DNA of 64,000 bases from Alphaproteobacteria bacterium (GTDB lineage Bacteria > Pseudomonadota > Alphaproteobacteria > UBA828): contig CBDCCI010000002.1 in assembly GCA_965214705.1 (NCBI GenBank), positions 672,001 to 736,000 on the forward strand, written 5' to 3'. How positions within the stretch are numbered: position 1 is the first letter of the stretch; each line of letters opens with the position of its first letter. Of the stretch, positions 31,101 to 40,053 are shown in pieces. The notes under the pieces are model-generated. The model ran no database searches. It was not told the origin of the DNA and was given only the letters and a program-made list of their open reading frames with translations. A program made the position numbers and the translations under genes.

Positions 31101-33024
31101 CCGCCATCGCCACGTATTCACTTAGGATGCGCTTGCGTTCGTCGTCTGCCATCAGCCCGCCCCGGAAGCGCGCCGCCGACGGGGTCTCGCCGTGTACATG
31201 GACCAGGATGTCCTCGAGGTCCGGCTTCTGGCGCCTGATCCGGTCGACGCGGACGCTGCCCACCGCGTCCCGGATCAGCCGCAAGCCCGGCCCCGCCTCC
31301 AACGGCTGCTGCTGGCGGGTGTCGCCCGCGAACACCACGCTCGCCCCGTGGCGCTCTGCCAGCCGCAGGACGTGATGCGCCTGCCTCGTCGACAGCATCC
31401 CCACCTCGTCCACCACTATGACGGTGTTCTCGTCGATCTCTACGCTGCTCTTGGCAGCGAGCTTCAGCAGCTTATCCACGCAGAAGGGGCGGGCATCGAG
31501 GTCGTTGCCGAGCGCCACCGCCGTCCGCCAGGCCACCGCGGTGGCGATCACCGTCCCCCCGTGCTCGCGGCGGAGATCGGCGATGGGCCGTAGCGTCGTG
31601 GTCTTGCCCGAGCCCGCTGCGCCCTCCACGATCGCCACCCGTCCCCCGGAGCCCGTCACCGAGCGGATCGCCGCGGTCTGCTCGTCGCTCAGCGGATAGC
31701 CTTGTTCCTTGAGCGATGCGATCTTCTCCTCGATCGCTTGGGCGGGGAGCGCATGACCGGTCTCCGCCGCCATGCCCGTTGCCATCTCGCGCAGCGCCTG
31801 CTCCATCTCCAGCGTGCGCCCGGTGGTGTAGAGCCTGGTGTGCGCCATATCCGCCCGGCCCTCGGCCGAGCGGGGGATGCGCGTCAGCCGCACCACCTCC
31901 GGATGCCGCAACACCCGCTCGATGGCGGTGGCCACCGCGTCCCGGCCCATCAGCCCGGCGGTGGCGTTGCCCACCCGCTCCACGATGTCCGGAAGCCGGA
32001 ACACCGCCTCTTCCCGGGTGAGACGCTCCGGCAGCGCTTCGAGCGCTTCCGTCAGCTCACGCAACTGCTCGCGGGTGATGTCCTTGGCCTCGCCCATGAG
32101 TGAGGCGATCAGCTCTTCCCGCTCGCAGAAGCCCTCGGCCTCGCCCTGCCAGCGCCGGTGCCTGATCTCGGGATCGTTGTCCGGCGACTTCCCCGCCCGC
32201 GTGATCTTGTTCGCCGCCGCCGCGCGCGCAGCATTTCCCTCGACCCTGAAGCCCATGTCGTTCGCCGCATCGACGATCGCTTGCCGCCGCTTCGACCAAT
32301 GCGCCGCCAAGTCCTCTGGTACGCCCTTGACGCGGGTGAACTCCCCGTCCCGGCCGTACTGCTCAATGGGGACGCCGAGGCTCTGATGGAGGTTCCAGGC
32401 GAGCGCATTGCGGTAGACCGCTCCCGCCGCCTTGGCCCAGCCGTAGACCGGGTGCTGGTGCATGGCCCGCCACTTGCCGTCCTCGTGCGCCCTGGCCGCG
32501 TTGAAGATCAGGCAGTGGGTGTGAAGCTGCGGGTCGTTGTCGCGGCTCGTGCCGTGCTGGAACATCGCCGCCATGAGGTCGGCCGGTAGCACTTGGATCT
32601 GTCCGTCGCGGTCGCGGATGCGGGTCCAGGCGCAGTGGCGGAACACAGTCTCCTCCAGCGCCACGCGCGCGGCGTCGTTGTGCGCCCGCTCGATCCGGGC
32701 GCGCGGCTCAGGATCGGCGATGGCCCACAACGCCGACACGCTCTTGTCTGCCGAGAAGGTCATGTCGAGGCCGGGCGAGCGCTTCTCGCTGCCGGCATTT
32801 CGGGTCAGCCTGCCCGAGCCGTCCGGCGCGAAGCCGTGGTAGAGGCGATGGAAGTGGCCGGAATCCACCTTGCCGCCGTCCTCAAGCCCGAACAGGCCGT
32901 TGGGGTTGAACCATAGCCCGTCGGGCTCCTCGCCCGCCGTGTAGTACTCGTTGGGATGGCGGAACGAGCGCTGGCTCTCCAGGTAGTAGGCCGCGGAGGC
33001 TGCCTGGGCAAGAGTGGCTACCAC
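28171..33024 (-). CDS. traA: MOBF (TrwC/TraA-like) relaxase-helicase
   Basis: YY..YY N-terminus, DMTFSADKSVS, HGTSRDNDPQLHTH, GAAGSGKTT, DEVGM, GDTRQ, HGYAFTITAAQGLTVD. Confidence 0.92.
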   Translation of the reverse strand: MVATLAQAASAAYYLESQRSFRHPNEYYTAGEEPDGLWFNPNGLFGLEDGGKVDSGHFHRLYHGFAPDGSGRLTRNAGSEKRSPGLDMTFSADKSVSALWAIADPEPRARIERAHNDAARVALEETVFRHCAWTRIRDRDGQIQVLPADLMAAMFQHGTSRDNDPQLHTHCLIFNAARAHEDGKWRAMHQHPVYGWAKAAGAVYRNALAWNLHQSLGVPIEQYGRDGEFTRVKGVPEDLAAHWSKRRQAIVDAANDMGFRVEGNAARAAAANKITRAGKSPDNDPEIRHRRWQGEAEGFCEREELIASLMGEAKDITREQLRELTEALEALPERLTREEAVFRLPDIVERVGNATAGLMGRDAVATAIERVLRHPEVVRLTRIPRSAEGRADMAHTRLYTTGRTLEMEQALREMATGMAAETGHALPAQAIEEKIASLKEQGYPLSDEQTAAIRSVTGSGGRVAIVEGAAGSGKTTTLRPIADLRREHGGTVIATAVAWRTAVALGNDLDARPFCVDKLLKLAAKSSVEIDENTVIVVDEVGMLSTRQAHHVLRLAERHGASVVFAGDTRQQQPLEAGPGLRLIRDAVGSVRVDRIRRQKPDLEDILVHVHGETPSAARFRGGLMADDERKRILSEYVAMAEKPAFTPWQIKVSEALRDGDAETAIRAWHERGRFHLGYDEERTLAALVDEWDRYAKQHPDKSAVVLARTRAEVRVLSHLMRERRFARQNVKDVKRATVMVSRGTEDDRTASPLEIAVGDRLRIGATHWEKQLFNGTVVTVEDLRVERHRAGTGPEGQGPEGPEPGEPGHEPPVLVSARTDDGREVQFRHDEIRDWYGNVRLDHGYAFTITAAQGLTVDRTFLLADDRPARETIYPAATRHREAIDVYVNRVPLALDVADRRADSDRDAPVMDAEIRAHLAERWSRSAPKEAALDYMGDSAREELAEGARERGHAAGMGRQRGAGDTHMEGSRTAANDNALTRIARDVQRTAFAWRHGAAVDAFAAGRQEVVAAWDELRERSRAEGDLVALSDTYRETLDRHAALLKQAEPFQVRPEAFASLLAERARIGRGDLEEFEALHERARRHRRAATMRQVHRTRRETESQVSRTETREDVRIAHMEAVEAASLVPPDWFDSVPPPTEREHAEAWEAPEELAPPAPEPTKPDWLSAWEPVIGEWNALIDRARQSGTIAFYTEGYAALIPRIRELSENPDVPADRRESLVPLLESRARQVAACKRVEDFLDATGRHGNRRAALEEAANERGVTITQTPDYGKWRETADRLLREGKAILADRICTPHLDRVSSLRRLAEDRVSGLGEAIREDDEALTEARREARERRRLSRELDHLRFAANAGAVVQPDPAPAADDEDTRAGRLLWRLRRIHDWDGRLSESEQQVRIEAGTQASLEHWRALREEWNRQVDRAEKQGVHVIYTGDYHLLRSELKTAARDDPYMPEEVRSEIDRVIRSLGAAERARDRIVDRGAALAARLADRREVPDSGRSRDEQAFLDRKAYDPWRRDTEKAVEAAERVLADRMRYGIHLQSPTLLGLQSTLTVARKVLADDDRQMAEALVPERKGDDPEELRELHRRQIERREARKAARQRRKGRYQVRSMRM

Positions 33025-33183
33025 CGCGCGGGCTCCATGGCGGATCGGCCGGCGCCGGCTTCGTAGCCGGGTGGCGACTTCCGAGCCCGGACCGGAAGAC
33101 CGCTGATAGCGATTGATGCAAGATTCCTCATGAGCGTCGGAAAGTTACCCGTTTTGCACGAGCGGACTGCCCAAACCACGTCT

Positions 33184-33234
33184 ATACAACCGGCGATACA
33201 TCCGGCAGTACGCACTTTAGTGCAGAGGTGTGAG
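33184..33234. other. Candidate oriT
   Basis: Between divergent relaxase and mob gene; ATACAnCCGGC direct repeats, GCACT-TT-AGTGC hairpin, then TGCAGAGGTGT-GAG resembling MOBF nic sites. Confidence 0.45.
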
Positions 33235-33428
33235 AGACCTGCTTTTCCATCGGATCGCTTGCCGGAGGCATGGCTCGCGTATATCACGGCTGATGTGCCG
33301 GGCACAAGGTCTTGTGGCGTTTCTTCCCGGAATCCCAACATATATGGATTGACGCATTGACATGGCAGGTGGGCCGGTCGATCATGCGCTGGCTGTCAAT
33401 GGCGCTACAGGACGCAGGGGCTCGCATC

Positions 33429-33731
33429 ATGGTCGCGAGGCGCTTCAACGAATCCGATATCGACTTCGAGGCCATCGATGCTGATCTGGCGAAGCTGGCG
33501 CCGCCGAAGCTGTCCCTCAAGGACGTGCTGGACCGCTTGCGCGAGCGGATGCTCGAGCAAAGGGCCAAGGGCGTCACGGTGGCGCAAATGCACGAGGTGC
33601 TGAAGGCGCGGGGGATCGAGATCGGTGAGCGGAGCCTCAAGACGTTCCTCGACAAGGGAGAGCTGCCGGGCCGGAAGGCGAGGACGGCGGCGCAGACGGC
33701 GATGGCGGATCCGGGCCAGGATCCGTTCTGA
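33429..33731 (+). CDS. Small relaxosome accessory/mobilisation protein (putative)
   Basis: Divergent from relaxase; helical, GVTVAQMHEVLKARGIEI; upstream TTGACA within an inverted repeat (33355-33401). Confidence 0.6.
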   Translation: MVARRFNESDIDFEAIDADLAKLAPPKLSLKDVLDRLRERMLEQRAKGVTVAQMHEVLKARGIEIGERSLKTFLDKGELPGRKARTAAQTAMADPGQDPF

Positions 33732-33881
33732 GACAGGCGCCGGACGCATGAGCGGCGGCGGACACGTAGAGGCGCCGCCCCGTGTGATGGCAACACCCGG
33801 TGGCGGGGTAGGAGAAGCAGGTACGTCGTCCCGTGCACGGCTGACATTGCTTCTCACAATTGAGAAGCGGAAGAGCGCGGC

Positions 33882-35273
33882 ATGCTCTGTCTGGTGACCA
33901 AGTCCAAACTGCGCGTCGTGCGGGAGCTCACGGAAGAAGAGGCCGACGCAATCCGAGATCCGCTGCTTGGCGCCTTGTCGGGGAAACTGGCACTGGCCGT
34001 TCTCAGGGAGGGGAGGGAGAACGATCTGTGGCTCCGGTGCGACTGCCGGATCGACATCGACGACGATCCCCTCGTGGCACCGTGCCGCATGGCGGAGGGC
34101 GCCGGGTATTCGTGGCGAAGGCCGCAAGGCGAAAACCGTCCGCAGCACAACGCCGACTGCGTCTTCTACCGGGAGAGCCGCGAAGAGCGCGCCAAGAATA
34201 ATTGGCGTCGAGCGGCGTGGGTGCCGCCGGAGGGGTATTTTGCGGCGCTACGCGCCCGCAAGGACGGCAATTCGACGGAGTTGGATATCAGCGAGGTCGG
34301 CACGGAGCTGACCGACCCCTTGCATGCGTCTGGGGAAGACGGGGACAGAGAACCGGGTCGGCGGCGGATGCCGGCATTGCCGAGGCTCCTGTGCCGGCTA
34401 TTGAAGCCGGCCGGCCTCACGCGGGTGCGGGCGAATGAGCCCCCACCGGGCATCGGTGGGTGGGTGGATGCCATGCGCACCGCTGCGAAGACAATGGAGG
34501 TCGCGCCCGGACACTCCTTGGACGGGCTCCTGTTCCTTTGGCGCGCCGGCTGGGACCGGCGGCGCGCGCATGCGCGGGTCCGGGAGGCCGCAGAGGACTT
34601 CCCGAAGGGCCATGTGCCGCAAGGGTTCGTGTGCTTTCCGGTACGCCACGTGGGAGAGAGGTCCCTGCCGGCGACCAGCAAGTACGGCGAGCTCGAAGTG
34701 GTCACGCGGATCAAGCGGCCGACGATCGGCGGGCGCCCCGTGTCGGGCCCCTGCCTGTTCTTCGGCGTGGTGGCGCTGACCACCAGGCGGCGGGGATACG
34801 AGTGCGTGCGGGGCTGGGCGCAGCCCATCGTGTCGGTCCACCGCCCCGTGCCGGTCGACTCGGACTTCGAGCGCCAGGCCTTCGATACGCTCACGACGAC
34901 GCTGTGGATATTGGACAAGGAATTCCCGGATGCCGAGTTCACGATGGAGAAGCCGGTGTTCGAGATGGACACCAAGCAAGGGCCGTGCCGGCCTGACTTC
35001 CTCATCAAGGCGCGGCGGAAGGGCGAGGTGCGAACCTGGGTGGTGGAGGTGATGGGCTTCGAGCGGCCCGACTACCTCGCCGGCAAGGAAGTCACGCACG
35101 AGCGCATGGAGGAGTTGGGCCCCGTCATCCTCATGGACGGGAAGCGGTTCAAGGCTGAATTGACCAGCGAGGGTCGCAAGGTGACGGAACGGATCCGCGC
35201 CGATCTGGGACCCTCAAGGACGAGCAGCAGCCGAGAGGAGTCGGCGAATGAGCCAACAGACCAGATTACCTGA
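33882..35273 (+). CDS. DUF1173-like protein with C-terminal PD-(D/E)XK-like nuclease motif
   Basis: WLRCDC..H..C.F N-terminus; VDSDFER, PDF..VVEVMG. Confidence 0.65.
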   Translation: MLCLVTKSKLRVVRELTEEEADAIRDPLLGALSGKLALAVLREGRENDLWLRCDCRIDIDDDPLVAPCRMAEGAGYSWRRPQGENRPQHNADCVFYRESREERAKNNWRRAAWVPPEGYFAALRARKDGNSTELDISEVGTELTDPLHASGEDGDREPGRRRMPALPRLLCRLLKPAGLTRVRANEPPPGIGGWVDAMRTAAKTMEVAPGHSLDGLLFLWRAGWDRRRAHARVREAAEDFPKGHVPQGFVCFPVRHVGERSLPATSKYGELEVVTRIKRPTIGGRPVSGPCLFFGVVALTTRRRGYECVRGWAQPIVSVHRPVPVDSDFERQAFDTLTTTLWILDKEFPDAEFTMEKPVFEMDTKQGPCRPDFLIKARRKGEVRTWVVEVMGFERPDYLAGKEVTHERMEELGPVILMDGKRFKAELTSEGRKVTERIRADLGPSRTSSSREESANEPTDQIT

Positions 35274-35766
35274 CGAGCTTGAGATTACTGGTCGGACGGC
35301 TTCCTATACTTACCGCACACCAGGGAAGTATCTGTTAAAGATACCTGCGGGAATGGAAGTACGCGCCAAATTGCAAGGTGCTCAAGGCGGTGGTGGCGGT
35401 GCAGGATTTTCTAGTGCAGGTCAACAGGGAGAAGGTGGGGGACGTATCGTCCCGGGCAATCCCGGAGGATTGGGCGAGTACAAAGAGACCCAGTGGATGA
35501 AGGGTGGAGACGTCATTCCGATCGAAGTTGGGGAAGGTGGAATGGGAGGTCGTGGGGTGGTGGGGCTACATGGAGGAAAAGGTGTCGATGGGTGGGTGCG
35601 TGTCGAGATTCGTCGGATGGGCGTACAAGCGCGGCTACGTTACGCCTCTATCGGACTCTGGAACAGGGGAACTCTGTGGGTCACTTGGCAGAAGGCTGGT
35701 GTCATTGCAAGCATTGTCGCAGCGACAGCAACAGTCATCGCAGTTGCGATAACCATCTATTCATGA
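35248..35766 (+). CDS. Glycine-rich domain protein with C-terminal TM helix
   Basis: GAQGGGGGAG..GEGG.GG..G.DGWVRV; hydrophobic C-terminus; lower GC. Confidence 0.6.
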   Translation: MSQQTRLPDELEITGRTASYTYRTPGKYLLKIPAGMEVRAKLQGAQGGGGGAGFSSAGQQGEGGGRIVPGNPGGLGEYKETQWMKGGDVIPIEVGEGGMGGRGVVGLHGGKGVDGWVRVEIRRMGVQARLRYASIGLWNRGTLWVTWQKAGVIASIVAATATVIAVAITIYS

Positions 35767-35789
35767 ACGTCGCATAGGCTCACCGTTTC

Positions 35790-36027
35790 GGGCACGCCGA
35801 CCTACGGCGTCGACTACACGATCGACGGCGTGAGGGGGTCGAGCGGCTCGGTGACGGTGCGGCCGGGCGAAAAACGCGGCGAGCATCCCGATCAGGATCA
35901 TCGACGACGATTTCGAGGACAGCGGCGAGACGGTGGTGCTGACGATGACAGCGGGCCCGGACTACACGCTGCACGAATGGGGCGCACGGTATGCATCCGG
36001 CGAAGACCGCGGGGTGTCCTGAGCTGA
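35790..36027 (+). pseudogene. Calx-beta/adhesin fragment
   Basis: TYGVDYT..SIPIRIIDDDFEDSGETVVLT.. with frameshift and no start. Confidence 0.55.
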
Positions 36028-36345
36028 GTTTGGCGGCGGGGAATGCCGGTATTGAAGTGCGGAGTGGACTGTCGGCCCAAGCGGCCAGATCGTGCCGCTG
36101 CTCGGGGAACTAATGAGCTCAAAGAGTGTGACGGGCTCCTCTTGCCCTGATTCATTTCCGGTTAGGAGCAGATTCGCCCAGTCTACACTTGCAGGATTCT
36201 CCATGAACCCCGCGTTGACGAAATTCTTGACCTCGCTTGCCAACCTCGCCATTCATTAATCACATGACGGTGCCGCGAGAGGCGTTGCAGGCCTTTCGAC
36301 ACACGACCTGATACTGTGACAGCGCAATATGAAGGTGTCCTGACC

Positions 36346-37050
36346 GTGCGGTGCAACAGGGGGCGAGCAAGTCCAAGTGGAGACACAAGAATCAAGCTCT
36401 TTTCGGATTCTGCTGGTTATTGTCAAAATCCTGGTTGCAACATGCCCTTATTTCCGGAAGCTTCTGAGCGGCACTCCCACTTTGCCGAAATGGCTCACAT
36501 TTTTGCCGCGACCGACGGAGGTCCGCGTACCGACGCTGAAATGACTGCGCCGGAAAGGGCACACTACGACAACCTGATACTATTATGTGCAAATTGCCAC
36601 ACGATAATCGACAAGGAACCGGAAACATTCACTGACGCACTTATAACCCAATGGAAGCGCAATCACAAATTGAAGCTACAGCATCTCTTTGGTGTTCGTG
36701 TTTTTTCGAGCAGACATGAGCTGCGAGCAGAAATTGATCCACTGCTCACCGAAAATCGTGCGATCCACACAGAATTTGGTCCGGACAGGGACTACCAGTA
36801 TAATCCGGAGGCGCCCGAGGCTCAAGCATGGAAGTCGAGGGTCAAATCATGCATCATTCCAAACAGTAACCGTATTCTCATGTTACTAGACTGCAACAGA
36901 GAACTTCTGACAAGATTGGAAAGGGACGTTTTGGAACGTTTTCGAATTCACGTTAAAGGACTGATCTCTTACCATCTGAATGGCGTCAACGACATAAATA
37001 TACTATTTCCTACCGACATGAACACCATATTGTGTGATCGGAGAGAGTGA
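36346..37050 (+). CDS. HNH endonuclease
   Basis: GYCQNPGC, AEMAHI, NLILLCANCHTIID; ORF is open from 36316. Confidence 0.85.
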   Translation: MRCNRGRASPSGDTRIKLFSDSAGYCQNPGCNMPLFPEASERHSHFAEMAHIFAATDGGPRTDAEMTAPERAHYDNLILLCANCHTIIDKEPETFTDALITQWKRNHKLKLQHLFGVRVFSSRHELRAEIDPLLTENRAIHTEFGPDRDYQYNPEAPEAQAWKSRVKSCIIPNSNRILMLLDCNRELLTRLERDVLERFRIHVKGLISYHLNGVNDINILFPTDMNTILCDRRE

Positions 37051-37053
37051 AAT

Positions 37054-37689
37054 ATGTCCAATGACTTTGTGAATGGCGTTTTGTCCGAAATCGATGAGGT
37101 ATCGGACTTGAAATGGTTAAGCGAAAATATAGTGCGAATTACTCGTGACACAAAGAAACCATTCACAGCGGGTGTTTTGTCGAAGAAGCAAGTGTCGTTG
37201 GCAGATGTATCGCCACTGATCGATAGCGGAGTTAGTTTCGTGACAAATGTCCCAAAGGCCGGACTGTGGCTGGGCGAAGCAATTGATGCATGCGAAGACG
37301 GTGACGTGGCGTGGGGTCGATTGGGCGCATTGATGTCCGCATGCGCATACGATGACGAGCCAGAAAGACATGAAGATCGACAAGTGTATTTCGCTGTTAG
37401 GGCGATCAGGCAACATAATCGCGTTACCGACCTGACGTACATTTATGACAAACTGTTTGAGGTCACACTCAACAATGATAACTGCCTACTTGTTGCCGTT
37501 CTTCAGGCCTACGATTTGACCGCTGACGAATTGCGGAACGCTCGGAAGAAGTTGGGGAAATTTGATATTGCACTGAAGAACAATCCCAATGGTAGGATTA
37601 CATCTGATGCACGCGAAGCTGCAGAAGGGATGGGTATTCAAGTGCTTGGAATTGGTGAACTTCTAAGGCACATGGGCAGAGGCGGTTAG
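37054..37689 (+). CDS. Hypothetical protein, tandem degenerate restriction-endonuclease-like folds
   Basis: Two internally similar halves; C-terminal ITSDAREAA..GIQVL..EL resembles the Mrr-like tail. Confidence 0.7.
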   Translation: MSNDFVNGVLSEIDEVSDLKWLSENIVRITRDTKKPFTAGVLSKKQVSLADVSPLIDSGVSFVTNVPKAGLWLGEAIDACEDGDVAWGRLGALMSACAYDDEPERHEDRQVYFAVRAIRQHNRVTDLTYIYDKLFEVTLNNDNCLLVAVLQAYDLTADELRNARKKLGKFDIALKNNPNGRITSDAREAAEGMGIQVLGIGELLRHMGRGG

Positions 37690-37691
37690 TT

Positions 37692-37994
37692 GTGAAAGAT
37701 CTATATGGAGTACTGGCCGCGATCAAGTCGGTAACAGCAGAGTGCGAATCTAAGGGGTGCGAAGCCGAATGGTTTTTGTTTGGCTCTTTTCTGGATCACA
37801 ATATGGTTTCCGACATTGACTTTCTTGTCATTGCACCTGAAGGTGGGTGTATGGAATTCATAAGAGTTGAAGTCGAAAAAGTTCTACCTACATTTCCAGT
37901 GGAGTTGACAATAATGTCACAGGCTGAAGAGGAGGAGTTGAATTTCCTTGCCGTTACAAGGGCTCGTAGCATTGCTGATATTTGTGACGAATGA
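37692..37994 (+). CDS. Minimal nucleotidyltransferase (Pol-beta superfamily)
   Basis: FLFGSF..SDIDFLVI..VEL motif, 100 aa. Confidence 0.8.
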   Translation: MKDLYGVLAAIKSVTAECESKGCEAEWFLFGSFLDHNMVSDIDFLVIAPEGGCMEFIRVEVEKVLPTFPVELTIMSQAEEEELNFLAVTRARSIADICDE

Positions 37995-38054
37995 GGATGT
38001 CATTGTCGGGGGGATGGCACGCTGCGGATTTTCCCAATGTTAATCTTTTATTGC

Positions 38055-39029
38055 TCACTCAAGACCATGATGCCTGCGAACGTGCCCGGACTTCCACGCA
38101 AGCATCGGCATGGCACGGATTCGCGCCCGAATTTCAGGCTCGACATCGAGAAGATCGGCGTCGATCTCACCGCGGTCGAGGACATCATCGAGAAACCTCC
38201 GTTCATTGGCCGAGAGATCGAACAGGAACGTGAGTCGTTCGCGGCAGAGTGCGGCGGTGTGCTCGATCCACGTGCCGATATTCTTACCATCGGCAAGGGG
38301 ACCACGCGGCAGGCAGACGGCGAGGTTCTGACGAAACTCGCGAGGGTCGCACGCAATGGTGTCGGTTGACGCCATTCGCCAATCGCGTCGGTTGCAAACG
38401 CCGATGGCCAGGACGGCGGCCTTGATCCAACCCCAGTTGAGCCCCTCGATCGACAGGATGCGGCGCACGTCGAAGAAGTCGCGTGCGGCGTGCCGGTCGA
38501 AGAGCGCCACGATCTTTCCGGCGACGATCTCATGGAGATCGAGGACGAGAACGCGGCTCGTCCGAGACTCGCCGAAGAGACGGGACTCCATGCGGGTCGC
38601 GCCGAACAGGGGCTGGCGCGCCATGTAGTTCACATCCAGTTCAAGGGAGGCGTTGCCACCGAGAGCGGAAGCATAGCGCAATAGCCATTTGCCGCCGGCG
38701 TGCTCTGTGGGACGGTGCCGGACGGCGTAGCCCTGCGAGGCAAGAAGGCGGTCGATCGCGGCATCGACGTGAGGCCGTTCGCTTTGCATCGTCGTCAGGT
38801 CGAGCGCCCCGATGTAGTTCAGGTCGATGTCCACCGAGAGCCGGTCGAGATCGAGGTGGAAGACATTGAGCGCCGTTCCGCCCTTTAGGACGAGGCGTTC
38901 GGACAGCATCGGGTCTCCAGCAATCTCATCCAGCAAGTCCAGGAGCCGCAGCACCTTTTCCAGCGTGTCCGGCCGGTATCCGGTCTCTCCGGCAAGGCGC
39001 TGCAATGTCTGGACGGTGGGCGGCGCCAT
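38055..39029 (-). CDS. abiEii: AbiEii-family nucleotidyltransferase toxin (type IV TA)
   Basis: LKGGTALN..RLSVDIDLN, E..AGKIVALFDRHAARDFFD. Confidence 0.9.
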   Translation of the reverse strand: MAPPTVQTLQRLAGETGYRPDTLEKVLRLLDLLDEIAGDPMLSERLVLKGGTALNVFHLDLDRLSVDIDLNYIGALDLTTMQSERPHVDAAIDRLLASQGYAVRHRPTEHAGGKWLLRYASALGGNASLELDVNYMARQPLFGATRMESRLFGESRTSRVLVLDLHEIVAGKIVALFDRHAARDFFDVRRILSIEGLNWGWIKAAVLAIGVCNRRDWRMASTDTIACDPREFRQNLAVCLPRGPLADGKNIGTWIEHTAALCRERLTFLFDLSANERRFLDDVLDRGEIDADLLDVEPEIRARIRAMPMLAWKSGHVRRHHGLE

Positions 39030-39839
39030 TCACAGCCCCTCGAACCGGCGTTCGGCGACGTCGGCAGGAAGGATGACGTTCCAGTGCCTGGCCGTCCTTG
39101 CCGATCCAGGTTTGGCGCCCAGCGCATACCGCGGCCGGGAGGGCGCCAGCGCCCGGAGATCTTCTAGCGCACGTTGCGGCACACCCAGCCGCTCTTGTTC
39201 GTGCTCCAGCCAGAAACCGAGTGCGCCGGCAGCCGCGGCGTTGCCGCGCGCGCGCGCATGCCGAACCAATGCCCCGGCGTCAACGCGCGCCACCAAGTCA
39301 AGCGAGTTGAAAAGCTCCTCTGCACCTCCGGCAAGATCGTGACGGTCGAACAGGTCCGCGATGGTACGCTCCAGTGTCGTCACCTTGACATCCAGCCCCA
39401 GGCGATCGACCACCGTCACGCCGTCCGTCGCCGCTCCGTTCGGTCCGGTGAAGCCTCGAGGCGGCCTGACGAACCGGCAGGTAAGGCCGTAGGCCTCGAA
39501 CATGCGCGGTTCACCGGGGGCGATGACCTGCACGTCGTATCCCTCGGAATATGCGTAGCCGTGCAGCTCCAGGGCCGAGTGATAGGCGATCACGCCGCCC
39601 GGGCGAAGCCGCGAGGCCGCCAGGAAGCGGTCAACGGACCATGTTCGCGCATCGGCGTGCTTGGGGACGGACGCAAAGACCTCGCGGGCGATGCGTCGGA
39701 TGTTGCCCGCTTTGAGATGCTGGGCGAGCATCGCCGTGACAACCTTGTCGTTCGGCTCGCGGCCGACGGCAGTGGCGTATTCGGTGCGGCGGAAGACAGG
39801 ATGCGCGCTGAAGAAGGGTGCTGATATGAGCCGGGACAT
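39030..39839 (-). CDS. abiEi: AbiEi-family antitoxin
   Basis: IAYHSALELHG, VTTLERTIADL; abuts toxin. Confidence 0.88.
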   Translation of the reverse strand: MSRLISAPFFSAHPVFRRTEYATAVGREPNDKVVTAMLAQHLKAGNIRRIAREVFASVPKHADARTWSVDRFLAASRLRPGGVIAYHSALELHGYAYSEGYDVQVIAPGEPRMFEAYGLTCRFVRPPRGFTGPNGAATDGVTVVDRLGLDVKVTTLERTIADLFDRHDLAGGAEELFNSLDLVARVDAGALVRHARARGNAAAAGALGFWLEHEQERLGVPQRALEDLRALAPSRPRYALGAKPGSARTARHWNVILPADVAERRFEGL

Positions 39840-40053
39840 GGCGTCTTGTCGAGATTTAGTGAAAGTCGTTCATAACCATATATGAAATCTGGCTTGGTCC
39901 TTCAATGGCGAAACGACCGGCATGCCACCTATTCCGCCGCACCGGCGGCACACAACACATCGAATATGGTTTTCTCCGACCCTGGAAAGCCATTCTCATG
40001 CTTTCCGCCGCTTTCCAGCCGGTTTACGGAATTCAGATGTCGCAAATGGCCGC

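Noticed and set aside
28708-31125. 805-aa antisense ORF and other long shadow ORFs (e.g. 5527-7092, 58851-60734)
   Set aside because: They overlap well-supported genes on the opposite strand; expected artefact of high GC
36346-37994. CBASS
   Set aside because: The nucleotidyltransferase is only 100 aa (MNT-sized) and no SAVED or other Cap sensor is evident
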